Source of the DNA: Yuukianura sp. NJ FZ-2021
Lineage: Eukaryota
Assembly: GCA_046563655.1 (NCBI GenBank)
Contig: CM102283.1
Span: forward strand, 3,596,001-3,660,000
Reading direction: 5' to 3'
Length of the DNA stretch: 64,000 bases
Numbering within the stretch: position 1 is the stretch's first letter; the number at the start of each line of letters is the position of its first letter. The translations under genes and the position numbers were made by a program. Positions 13,521 through 26,028 of this stretch are shown piece by piece. The notes beneath the pieces are model-generated. The model saw only the letters and a program-made list of their open reading frames with translations, searched no databases and had not been told where the DNA came from.

Positions 13521-14528
13521 AATTAACGATTAATTTTGAACAATTCCTGATAAAAAATTCCAAAAATTCAAAACATAAAATCAAAATTCAAATCAGAAAA
13601 CAGAAAAACATTTGAATTAATTCTTGTTCCCGCCACTTACCGGTTTTAAAATAGCTTTTGTAACTTATCATACTTTAATACATGTGTAGCTTACAGAAGT
13701 TCATGCCAAAAAATTCGGCAAGTGCTTGGAGCAAAAAGTTGATTTTCATAAAATTTGACGAATGGGGGACGAGAGGTCGGCGCCTCCCACCCGTAATGTT
13801 TGGATATACCAAATTATTGACGTAAACGCACATACTATCCATTGTAACCATCATTATAAATTATTTATAAATTCGACCTGAAGCACGACATTCAAAATTC
13901 CTGATCAAAATTCCAAAATCTAAAACCTTGTTTTCATTTAAAAGTGTGCAAATATTAGAACAAAAATGTAGTTTTGCAGCCATGATACTAATTATAATGT
14001 ATCACTGACCAAACTCTGAAATAAGAATTATTCACAAAAATATATTAAAATGAAGTAAGATATTGAAAAATTACACTAGGAATTATAATAAATGTTAAAT
14101 ATTAAAAACACACATTTAACGTAACACGATTTTTGAAGTAATTTTACCTGTGGGTACACTGTCTATCGTAAAATGTAGTTCAACCAAAATGTCGAGCCTG
14201 TGCTATAGAGAGGTGCTATGGCAACGATAGTAAGAAACCATATAAACCATATGATTACTAGTTGTTTGGTGGGATAAAAAAAACTTGCCAGACACAAAGG
14301 CTTGGCAGAAGACCAGTTTGTGAATTGGTCCAATCAGAGAAGAGTTTTATTGGCGGCTTGTCCTTCTGCTCCAGCCATCCACCCAGCACAGAGTTCTGTA
14401 TCCTGTGTGCGCCCAGTTCTCGGTTGACACTACTGCAGAGGAGAGGTTTTGTTGAGGTGCTCCCACTTCTCAGCCGACCGACGAATTCTCTTAACGTTCT
14501 TTGACATCCACTGATCCAGTATTCCAGC

Positions 14529-15453
<925 letters not shown>

Positions 15454-16126
15454 ACTCTCCAAGATCCACCAATCATCTCCACTACTCCACCATCAATCAA
15501 CAAACAATACTACTAAAACAGTCTCTCCGACTTACAAACCTTGGATTTCCTTTACAAATACACACACATTGATGAGAAGCAGATAAGCGAGATGCATTTC
15601 CTTTTCTTTGTAGAGATAATAGCCTAAAATGTTGTTGATAATTTCGTGTAACTTCTGTTTCTGCTTTTTGGTGAGAGAACAAATGAATTAATTTATAAAA
15701 ACTAAAAGAGATTCTCTTAATTCCGATTAACTGCAAGTAAAGACTTTGATTCATTTTTTTAAATACGCGGGTAAGGATTTTGAAATACGCGGCTAAGAAT
15801 TTTGTGGGAGGAGCTAAAAGTTATGGCGGAGAGTTTAAATCAACGTGTAATTAATTGAGTGAAAGAAGCGGGAGTTTTTCAAATTTGAGTTAAACTTGCA
15901 TCTAAAGATCGGAAATGGGAAGTAATTGGAAGAAAGTAAAAGGCGAAACGTGAAATAAACATTTCCTGTTTGTTTATTTGTTCATTGTTACGTCATTGGA
16001 ACACCACGAGTCTTACATTCCTTAAATAACACAGTGTTTTCTGTAACACTGTGTTTTAAAATAAGACTTTTACTTTTAGCTCCCGGGTGTTTCTCTCTTT
16101 TGAGAGACTTCAGTCAATTCCGAGAG

Positions 16127-18541
16127 TTAGTGTGGATCAAAGGCAGTTATTTTTAGGTGAGGTCTAAATTCTTCCAGTATCTTCGGGAGCAGAGCGAGAC
16201 ACTTGAAGCGACTTCCCATATCCTCCATTAGCATTTTGTAACCAGAAACTAGTTGCTTTCTTTCTTCAGCCCCACATTGGTCATACAGTTGCTGAAACAA
16301 ACGAAAACAAAACGTTTTTGAAAAAAAAAGTTTTTTTGATTAAAATATTCGAAACAAATGTTGCATGCCTAGGTTATTGTTAGCATTTTGAGTTTTAGTT
16401 TTTAGTTTTTTACCTTCAGTCGTAGTGATATTCCCATTCGACCGAGTAGTTCCGCTTGAGTGATTGGTCCACAGACCATGGCCTTGTCACTCGTCAGTTT
16501 CTTGACAATCGAGAAATCTACATCAGCCGTCATATCTGCCAGTCCAGGTTGGTTCAGAGGATCGTGGAGTTGGTGACGATAGAATCCTCGGAACGTGTCA
16601 CCTTTTGTTCCATCGTGACCATAGTCCACCAGTAGTACAATTCCACCATCCTCCTCCAGCCTCTTCGTCAGTTGGTCCAACACCAGAGCAGTTTCTAGGC
16701 TAAACTCAAGGTCAGACCTGGGGTCAGCCAGGATAGAAGGATAGCGGGACTTGAGCAACTGGATCACGGGAGTCTCGTGCCGGGAAATCACAAACCGAAA
16801 CTGTTCCGAAGTTTTGTCTTCGGTACTGGCAGTATTCTGGACTGCATGAAGACTAAGACGATTCTGCATGGATGGGACATTGTCCACGAGAACTTCCCGC
16901 CAGAGGTTATCCACTTTCTGAAATTGTACGAAGCAAAAAGGCGAATCAGCTGGCATTCTACGAGACAAAAAGGTATATATAGCTGTAGCCGAAAAGCCTA
17001 AATTGTACGGGACAAAAAAGGCAGATCAGCTGTAGATGAAATTGTACGACCCAAAAAGGCAGGTCAGACACCTTTGGAACTTTTGAGATGTATATTTTTT
17101 AGTTTTAGTAATTGATACGTCATACCTTTAGTTTATGAATTGGCAAGGCATCAAAGAATTCATGAGCAACGTAGAAGTTGAATGCTTTTGGGACAGTTGA
17201 GAGGTGACTGTGCCAGTGGACTGGAACGGAGGAACCGTCGTTCGTGACCCCTTGACAAAAATGAGTGTCATCCGCACTGCTTGAAATTGGTTCTAGCAGC
17301 GGCTCTCCAAGGATGTCCAAATTACCAAACTTTTTGTTATCAATTGGTCCACAGAGAGTTTCATACTGAAGTTTGGCCAGGTACGGACTGATTTCTACCA
17401 AATGAAGCTCCACCTCCAGCTTCTTGTCCTCTTTCTTGTTCACTTGACGAAACACCTAAGACAACACCAAAAAGAATTCAAAATTCATCATTCTTTTTTT
17501 CAAAATTTCAATTTTTTTCCAGCATGGACTCCTTACTCTAAGCATGTCCTTGGCAAGAGTTCCGCGTCCTGGTCCCAGCTCAACGATATTCATGTTTCGT
17601 GGACCTCCAATTCTCCTGCATGCCTCAATCGCCCAAATCCCAATCATCTGAAACGAAAAAAACAAACAAATTACATCATTCAACTACATGATTACATCAT
17701 TTTACATCATTTTCATGCTAATTGTCCCCCACTGTCATCAACTCCTCAGCTAATTAAGTTGTAACCCACAATGAGTCTCGTGTCGAGCGGATACAGAACA
17801 AAAAGGTTCCGCTCCGGAAGGAACCTCCTCAAATAATTTTTTCTCAACATAACAGCATCTCGCTACTTTCTTTTAAAATTTCTGCTTTCTGATCTCAAAA
17901 AGTAGAAAACCAGAAATTTTTCATCTAATCTAATCTGCTACTTTGGCGGATTTGCAAATCCGAGTTCCTTTTTGCCAAAAACCAGAGTCCGGTTGCTTTG
18001 GTTTCTTTCGTGGTGTGTCTTGGAACATCCCTTGTGCACTTTGTGGTGATACATGGCAGTACTTCTACTACTCAACCTCTATTGATTTTCTCTTCTTCTA
18101 AAAGTGCTCACTTCCTCTTTCGCGAATCACATTACTACTCACTCACAACGGAATTGGCATGACCTCGCTTCTACTTTACAAAAATCTACCAAGAGGAACT
18201 GGAAAATCAAAGTGGAGGAAATTGACAGCCAAGGTCAACTTAAACTTATGAAACCCAAAAGTATAACTTTCCTCTTTCGAAAAAAATATTTTGAAAAAAG
18301 TTGCTGAACTTACCTCTCCAAACATTTGACTGATTTCTGGAGAAGTGATGAAATCTCCGGTAGCGCCGAACACGTCTTTGTGCATGTAATACCCTCCGGC
18401 TTTTGCGTCGGACGATCTGGCGACGTTGACTTGCGAAGTGAGTGCAATTTTCATGTACTCAGCTACTGGAATTGGACCGCTCACAAGTATCTTCGAACTG
18501 ATTTGGTTGTAAATGGAACTAACAACTTTAGGAATCGTCAT
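16127..18541 (-). CDS. NDUFAF7: Mitochondrial protein-arginine methyltransferase NDUFAF7 (MidA)
   Basis: Five exons; GPIPVAEYM, GYYMHKDVFG..GDFITSPEISQMFGE, VELGPGRGTL, AHEFFDALP, DYGHDGT..DTFRGF, PGLADMTADVDF, MGSRFK. N-terminus may be incomplete. Confidence 0.93.
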
Positions 18542-18667
18542 TTTGAATCTTGATTTCTGGTTGGTTAAGAGTAAATTGCTGAGTGTTTTTCAATGAAGTT
18601 GGACAATATTCGATGCTTGGTGTATGAAAATTTGAAATGCTGGAAAGGAATTAGTTTGTGACGACTG

Positions 18668-19351
18668 TTATTTGCAAGTGGTCGGACACAAATTTGGAGT
18701 CAAGTACTCGTCACTTCCGTCACAACAATCGCAAATCAGGTCGTTGACTCTGGAAGAAGGGATATACTCTGAAAAAAAAAACAAATTGTTAGTTTTTGCA
18801 CTAAAAGTATGTTTAAGCAGAATTGAAGTAAGGCTGTTCATACCTGCGTAACTTTTAGACGATTTGGAACAGTAAAACTTTCCGTTCATACAAGCGGAAG
18901 TTGACGGCTCATCGGAACCATCAATAGGGCAGTCACAGTAATCGTCATTCACTTTGTCCCAACTAATTTTACGACTCTTCAGAGACAAACAGGAAAACTT
19001 GGTAGTTTGTTTGCTGTAATACTTTTGATACTCTGGAGCAACTCCAACAACAAATCCACTCAATGGTTTGCCTTTGGACGGTCCAACGACCTGCACACGT
19101 TGAGATTCTTTCCAATCCTTGTCTCCTTCTGTGTTCAGTTTGGGTATTGGTGCAGCAGGGACTTTGATTGGTATTTCTTTGGATTGACGATGCTGGCGGA
19201 AGTATGCTGCTGCTTCGTTGACTTGGAACTGGTCAAGGGTGGAGTAGGTGATGAATTGATATGTAAAGAAAATGATAGTGATTGTAACTAGTACGAGTAG
19301 AACCAGTTTCAACTCGCGTTTGATCCTGCACCGAAATGGCGGGTCCTTCAT
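18668..19351 (-). CDS. Type II membrane protein with glucosidase II beta (PRKCSH) N-terminal-like Cys-rich domain
   Basis: TM near the N-terminus; GV.PE..KYY..FSCL..VNDDYCDC..DGSDEP.TSAC.NGKFYC..IPSSRVND.ICDCCDGSDE. A 75-nt in-frame GT-AG intron lies at 18769-18843. Confidence 0.85.
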   Translation of the reverse strand: MKDPPFRCRIKRELKLVLLVLVTITIIFFTYQFITYSTLDQFQVNEAAAYFRQHRQSKEIPIKVPAAPIPKLNTEGDKDWKESQRVQVVGPSKGKPLSGFVVGVAPEYQKYYSKQTTKFSCLSLKSRKISWDKVNDDYCDCPIDGSDEPSTSACMNGKFYCSKSSKSYAGMNSLTSILLKHTFSAKTNNLFFFSEYIPSSRVNDLICDCCDGSDEYLTPNLCPTTCK

Positions 19352-20387
19352 GTCACTCTGACCGTAACCAACTACTTGTAGTCAACTCCAGCGTCCCTTC
19401 TTCTGTTGTCCGTCATTCAGAGCTCAGGAAGATTCCCACTTCTGATTAATAATTAGTTTGGATCTCTGGAAAAACAAAAGATTGATTACTTTTTACTACC
19501 GGGTGGGGTACTTTGTTTCACGATGAAGTTGGTAAGATTTTTACCTACCAATTCCTTACTAGAAGATCTCCACAATCCACTCCGCTTTTAAGTTGACGCC
19601 TAGATTAAAAGTTGCAGTGATTAGCAGCTGATTAATTGTTAATTAAGTACGATCTAATTAATTAGCTGTAAAAAGTGTACCGGAAACCGCAAAATCACAA
19701 CAATCTGTCGATAACGAAGAAACTTCATGCCACAAACAAGAACAGATGATTGGTGATTGAATTGTAAAAATCTAAATTCAAACTTGTCATTGCTTTTCCC
19801 GCGTTTGATTTTTAGGTGTCTCATGACCCCCCGTACGGCTGGAAAAGGTTGAGACAATAGATGTTATTCTTGGAGCAATAGCAATTACTTTTGTTTAAAA
19901 AGCATTATTGTTTGCAAAAAATATTATAAAACTTTAACTAACCATAAAAAATAACAACTATAACTAACTAGTAACTAGAAATAATGAGTACAATGTACAA
20001 TGATCATATGACATTTATAGGAGCTAAAAAGTAGTAGACAGACTTGTCTTTGTTACATCGGTTAGTAAAGTGAGTTTTTCAATTATGTTTGAAATTTTTA
20101 TTTGAAATAATAAAAATAAATCATCCACTGAACTCGTCTAATACGTCTCCGGAAACTGTATGACTATTATTGACTTTGGTTGTGGTCAATGCACGTAGTA
20201 TAGCGGTTGTGGTTTTTCAAAAATAAAATATTTTTGAATTAATTTTTAGGACATTGTCCTACGGAAATGTCCATTCCGGGAAAAAATTAGTAATTTTGAA
20301 AGCTTCCGCTGCTGTCAAAGTCAACGCCATTCTGACAGAGCATTGACTCAGTGCACGTACAAACATTTTTTTGTCTTATTTTGAAAA

Positions 20388-23300
20388 ATGTTTTTCAAAA
20401 TTTCATTTTTGGTCGTGCTGACCTTTGAACTGGGTCAAGGTCAACAGATCAACAATGTCACTGCGACGCCTCCTGCACTTGGGGACTACCTAAAAGTCGG
20501 AATGTGCGTTCCAAAGGGCGATCCCAGTGGAATCACAGACGAATTTTGCATGTGCGGCAAAAACGTAGCTAGTTGCGACTTTTCAAAATTCAGTTCCAAA
20601 AATGTAAGTAAAATCCAACAAAAAATTTAAACTTTTTTTTCAAGGATTCTAAATTTAAGTTTTGTAAAAATTTGGTTTTTAGTTAACTTCAGCAGAATTA
20701 AGAGCATTTTGGCCACAAGACACGATTAACCGAGTTTGTCTTTGCAACACTCCGAAAAATTTGCAACTGATTTTGGCAGAAGGTTTTTTGCAGCGTTTTT
20801 GGAACGTGGCGCGAGTGGATTTTTATAATTTAGGTGGTCCGCTAATAATTGACAAAGCTTTTGACGTGTTCTTTGCTGGTGACATTTACATGTCAAAGGT
20901 CAAGCTTTTGAGAACAATGTTTTCTTGGGAATATGGACGAGGGAAAGACAGAGTTCGAAAAAATGCTCAAGATCCTTCCGGTAATCTAACAAAATGACAC
21001 CGAATTTAAAAAAAAAAACATTTTGAGTAATTTTGACCAAAATTTTAAAATTTTCATCTTTTTTAGTTTTGAATTGCTGTTCTCAAATTCAAACTCCGAA
21101 ATTTCCGTCTCCGACTTTCTACATGGAAGACAGTACAGTGAATGCAATGCAAGCTGCTGCCTTGAACAACCAGCATCTTTGGAACAACATTGTTTTTGAT
21201 GGCGTCACTGTCAACAGCATGGACTCTTATGCTATAGTGCTCAACGGGGAACGCGAAAATGCAAGTTCAAAATTTTGAAAAAAAAATTCCAAATTCAAAT
21301 TCTTAATTTTGCTGAATTTTGAATTGTCCAGGCGTCTTTTACAAACTGCCATTTTCATTATACGAATCGAACGGGAATTGCGGCAAACGATTTTTCAAAT
21401 TTGGTCATCGCACATAACACGTTTCATGATACTTGTCATAGAATGCCTATTGGAGCTAGGTAAATCTAAACTAAATTTCCGACCTTTGACCTTTGACCTT
21501 TGACCTTGTTTGTGACCTGGTCACTTCAGGGACCTAACCTTGAACTGTCAATTGTTTGAATTTGAGAAACGATGTGTGACACGGCAAATCCAATTTTTTG
21601 AGCCCTTTATTAAGTAGCTTTAGCTACTTTATAAAAGTGTTTTTGTCCGTCATCGCGTGATCCGTCATTTCCCCATAAGGAAAGCCGGTGCGTCATCGCG
21701 TTCTCCGTCATGGCATAGAGAACTCCATTGGTCATCACGTTCTCTGTCATGTCCATAAGATAGGCCTGTCCGCCATCACGTTTTCTGTCATGGCATAGGG
21801 AACACCATTGTAAAATTGTGAAAATATTAGCACAATTATCTCGGAAACTACTGGATCGATTTCGTTCCGGTTTTCACCATTTAACAGTTCATGACCTGGG
21901 TGAGATCAAGTTTGCAAAATCATTCCGGTAAGTGACCTCATTTCGGGTCAAAATCTATCTCAAAGCTTACGTGAATTCATGCATGGAGAATGGAGAAGTG
22001 TGGGTTAAAAAAAACTCTGCTTGTAGGACTGGAAAGGCAATTGGCATGGGACTTGGTTCTCTGCTTAGCACAAAATCTATTACGCAGTTGACAAAAACAC
22101 TCATGCACTGTGTCCACGTACAGTGTCCATTCCTTCCATCCATTTCTTTTGTTGTGTCATCCGTATCCCACCTCCACATCTGTCACCTGTCACACCTCAC
22201 TTGTCACACTTCATCTGCCACCTGTCACGCGGGAAAGTGGGGGAACACACCCCCACTCCCCCCCCCGGGGGGGCGGCGGGAAGTTGGGAGAACCCACCCC
22301 CACTCCCCCGGGGGGCTGAATAGATTAGTCCAGTTTGTTTTAAAAACAACACCTACACGCTAAAGCTACTTTTTTATGTGCGGTTTACAACCGGTTTATT
22401 TCTGCTCAAAGTCTTAAAACTAATACAAATTGTGTCACACACACAGACAGACAGGAGGGAACAGACAGGAGATGTTGGTGGCTCGGTGGCTGGACAAACT
22501 CTGTCCCACTGATGTTGGTGGCTCGGTGGCTGGACAGACTCTGTCCCACTGATGTTGGTGGCTCGGTGGCTGGACTGGACAGACTCTGTCCCACTGTGGA
22601 GCACCAAGACTCCACTCTCATCCACAGTCAAGGCCAAGAGGAGTGTTAACTTTGTCCACGGCAAAGTCAACACTCCTCCAATAGGGTCTCCAGCCAGAGT
22701 CAACACCGACTTCTTCAAGTCAACACTGACCCTGTCCTTGATGTCTCACTCCCTTTTATGAGTTCATAATTTGTCTTTGGTTGACTTCCAATGTCAACCA
22801 AAGTCAAATTATCAAATCAACCAGAGCCACAAACAGACCTTTTTCAGGTCAGTGGGATCTGAATCCATACTTGCTTTGGTGCAAAACCGATTCGAAGCTC
22901 CGGTGACCCTGGAAGTAGATGCGGACCAGGTTGCAATTTGGTTCAATTCGTTCAGTTCCTGGGACGCAGAGACGTTTATCCACTTGAACAAAACTGTTCA
23001 TGGCGGTAAATTTTAAAAAATTTACATTTTATACGTTTTTAAAACTTTTCAAAATTTTGAATCTTAGATCGACAGGTTTCGGTTGAATTCAACACGGTGG
23101 ATCGGTTTGAACTGAGAGCAGGAGACATTCGTCCGTTTCAGCCGTACGACAACCAAATTGTTTTCAACGAGAATTTAATCTTACCCTGCGATTGTTCCAT
23201 TTTTCCAAAATTGCAACTACCAAAAGTCTTCCAGAATTATAGTCAACGGTAAATAGTGTTCAGAGTTTTGAAATTTTGAAATTTCATAAGTTTTGAATTT

Positions 23301-23772
23301 TGATTTTGAATTTTAGTTGTTTTTCGGAGAGTGGTGGACGTAGAGATCCATGTCATTTGAAAATGGACGAAGTTAAGGACGAGTGTAGCAAAACAAATGG
23401 AAAGCCAAACTATGCTGTTTTGTGCGGGAAAAACGAAAATAATTTCAAATCTTTCGCTTACTCAAAAACAATCAAAGAAATTGAACCGTTTTTGCTAAAA
23501 GTTGCATTTCCAATCAAGTCGGATTTCATAAATGACATGGTAAAGTTCTCAAAAAAAAACACACAAAATTTTGAAATTGAAAACACCTTTTTCTGAAATT
23601 TTGAATTTTTTTTTAGTTTCGTCATGTCAAATCACCGTTCAAACCTACAAAGCCAATGATTGGATCTGAACAAGGAAAAACTGTGGGCAAAAATGCAACC
23701 TTTCCCGTTACAGAACGACTTTCGCTTTACATTTTTCTGTTTTTTTCCATTGCTCTGTTTATCTTAAAATAA
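20388..23772 (+). CDS. Uncharacterised secreted, probably GPI-anchored, LRR/beta-solenoid-like surface protein (8-9 exons)
   Basis: Signal peptide, Cys-rich cap (FCMC..SCDF), repetitive Asn/hydrophobic strands, N.ILPCDC motif, hydrophobic C-terminus (LYIFLFFSIALFILK*). Exons frame-compatible including 21332-21459 to 22848. Confidence 0.6.
21606..22400 (+). mobile_element. Non-autonomous Helentron-type element (HINE/DINE-1-like) in an intron
   Basis: Subterminal inverted repeats AAGTAGCTTTAGC (21612-21624) / GCTAAAGCTACTT (22359-22371); 5' hairpin; ~39-bp internal repeats 21645-21810; DINE-like core TATCTCGGAAACTACTGGATCGATTT; 3' stem-loop CGGTT-TAC-AACCG (22381-22393); T-rich ends. Confidence 0.7.
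22470..22596. repeat. 40-bp tandem repeat, 3 copies
   Basis: GATGTTGGTGGCTCGGTGGCTGGACA(G/A)ACTCTGTCCCACT x3. Confidence 0.9.
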
Positions 23773-24188
23773 TTTCTGCACATGAGCATAAAAATTCTTT
23801 GCATTTCTTAACTTTCACTTTCACATTTTCACAATAACGTTCTCTCCCTTGACCTTAACCTGCTCAAAATTTCAATTTTATTGATCCAATTTCAAATTAA
23901 TTGATCTTTTTTTTTTTAAATTTTTGAAGTGATCCACTTTGAATGTTAAAATTTGAAATAAAATGCTGTTAATCCACTTACCCATAAAAGTATGCGGGAC
24001 AACATGCAGTTTTCTCATTCTTAAACTGATGAACCTGTTTTACTACTTTTTTCAAAAGTTTTAACAAAAACTGTTGTGAATTTAACACGAAACGAAAACA
24101 TTTTGTACTTTTGTCTTGTCTTTTATGACTTGGACGGTAGTTGTGCCTGTGACCTACAGGGACATACCAACTTGTGCCCAAAGTCATC

Positions 24189-26028
24189 ATGCGCAGGCGC
24201 AGCGCTACTTCAAAATTATTTCGAAAAACTTTTCTGATTTTGTTCACTTTTGGCATTTCAGTCCAACTCGTCCTCTCTTCAGTCATTTTCTCATCCAAAT
24301 TCAACCGACTGCTTGGTAAAGTCCTGAATGCTCAAAATTTTAAAAGTTTTGAAACTATTCCTTTTTTTATACTTTTAAATTTCGCAATTTTTGAAATTTT
24401 TAATGTTTTCTTTCAGAAACATATGATCCTCAAAATGGAAAAGTGTGTGAGTCAAACAAAGGTGTGAGTGGACGGTGTATGTTCATGTGGGATTGCTACA
24501 AGGTCAAAGGTCACAGTTTAGGATTGTGTAAATTAGATACTTCACTCTACGGTACTTGCTGTTACGACAATTCTACTGCGACAACTTCTGCCACGACGAC
24601 ACAAGCGACATCTTCTGCTGAAAGCGACATTGACTACCAAGAGGGCTACAATAACGTGAGCATTGAAATTCCTGAGGTCACTACTACGCCGAATCCATTT
24701 GCACAATGCGGAGTCGCAGATTTAAGCAAAGTTCGGCAAAGTTCGGCGAATTCGACATCACAAAAAAGTCGGAACTCTCCGGAATCCAGGATCGTCGGTG
24801 GCGAACCCGGTATAGACATGGTGCATGACCTTGACATGCCTTTTCACATGTCACATGCCACATGCAACATGCCACATACCACATGTTTTATTCCACATTT
24901 TTTTTGTGTTCTGTGTAGCTTCTGTGGGTCAATGGCCTTGGGTCGTATCGGTTCGTCGAGCATCCCTTTTCGGCTACACGACGACGCATTCCTGCGGTGG
25001 TGTCCTCATCAATGAAAACTGGATTGTAACTGCTGGTAACCTTCAAAATCAAAATTTTGTCTCAAAATTCCAAAATTTTTAAAATTTTGATTCTTGTTTT
25101 AATTTGTTACCGTAGCTCACTGTGTTGCTGCTCTCTCCAAATCCATAATTCGTATAAGGTTGGGCGACTTGGACTTCAAGAGTGACAGCGACAACGAAGT
25201 GGTGCCATACATCGAGAGGAAAATTGAACAAAAAGTAATTAGTAATTAAGTAATTACTGAAAGTAATTAAGTAATTACCAAAAGTAATTCAGTAATTACC
25301 AATAGTAATTCAGTAATTACTTACTTTAACTTTATTTTTCAGATAATTTACCCTACGTATAACTTCACTTCCTTTGAGAACGATCTTTCTCTGCTCAAAC
25401 TGTCAGAGCCTGTGACGTACAATGCGCATGTCCGTCCGCTGTGCCTTCCCGTTGACATGGCCAGAGATTACGTGGGTCAGAATGCCACCATCGTCGGGTG
25501 GGGCCGCATTTCGGAGAATGGACAGTACTCGCAGAATCAACTCTACGTCCAAGTTCCCATTCTGTCCAATGCAGACTGCATGCAAATGTTCAAGAATTCT
25601 GGAAGAGATGAACGCATTCCACCACATTTCATCTGTGCTGGCTACGCTGCTGGACGGAAAGACGGTTGCCAGGCAAGATTTTCAAAAAAATGTTTTAAAA
25701 AAGATTTGTTTAAAAAATTGTTTGAAATTTTGAAAAAATTAGGGCGACTCAGGTGGTCCTTTAACAGTGCAAGACTCTAATGGAATTTGGTTCCTGGCAG
25801 GAATCATGTCTTGGGGAATCGGTAAGCCACGGGGTTCTAAATTTCAAAAATTTGAATTTTCCAAAACATTTATTTTGAGTTACTAAAAAAATTTATTCGA
25901 AATTTCTAAAATAGTTTTGTTGAAATTTTAAAAAATTGAATACTGTAGGATGCGGCGAGCCACAGCAACCGGGAGTGTACACCAGGATCAGCCTCTTCAC
26001 CGACTGGATCATACAACACTCCAGTTAG
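24189..26028 (+). CDS. Stubble-like trypsin-type serine protease with N-terminal disulfide knot
   Basis: N-terminal hydrophobic segment; [20 protein letters not shown] knot; Thr-rich linker; R|IVGG activation site; TAAHC, ENDLSLL, DGCQGDSGGP, SWGIGC..PGVYTRI. Confidence 0.92.

Noticed and set aside
22470-22596. CRISPR-like 40-bp repeats and ORFs at 21932-22761
   Set aside because: No spacers. The ORFs are by-products of GC-rich repeat/TE sequence.
21606-22780. TE-disrupted pseudogene at 20388-23772
   Set aside because: Exon 21332-21459 can splice in phase to 22848, leaving the ORF intact.
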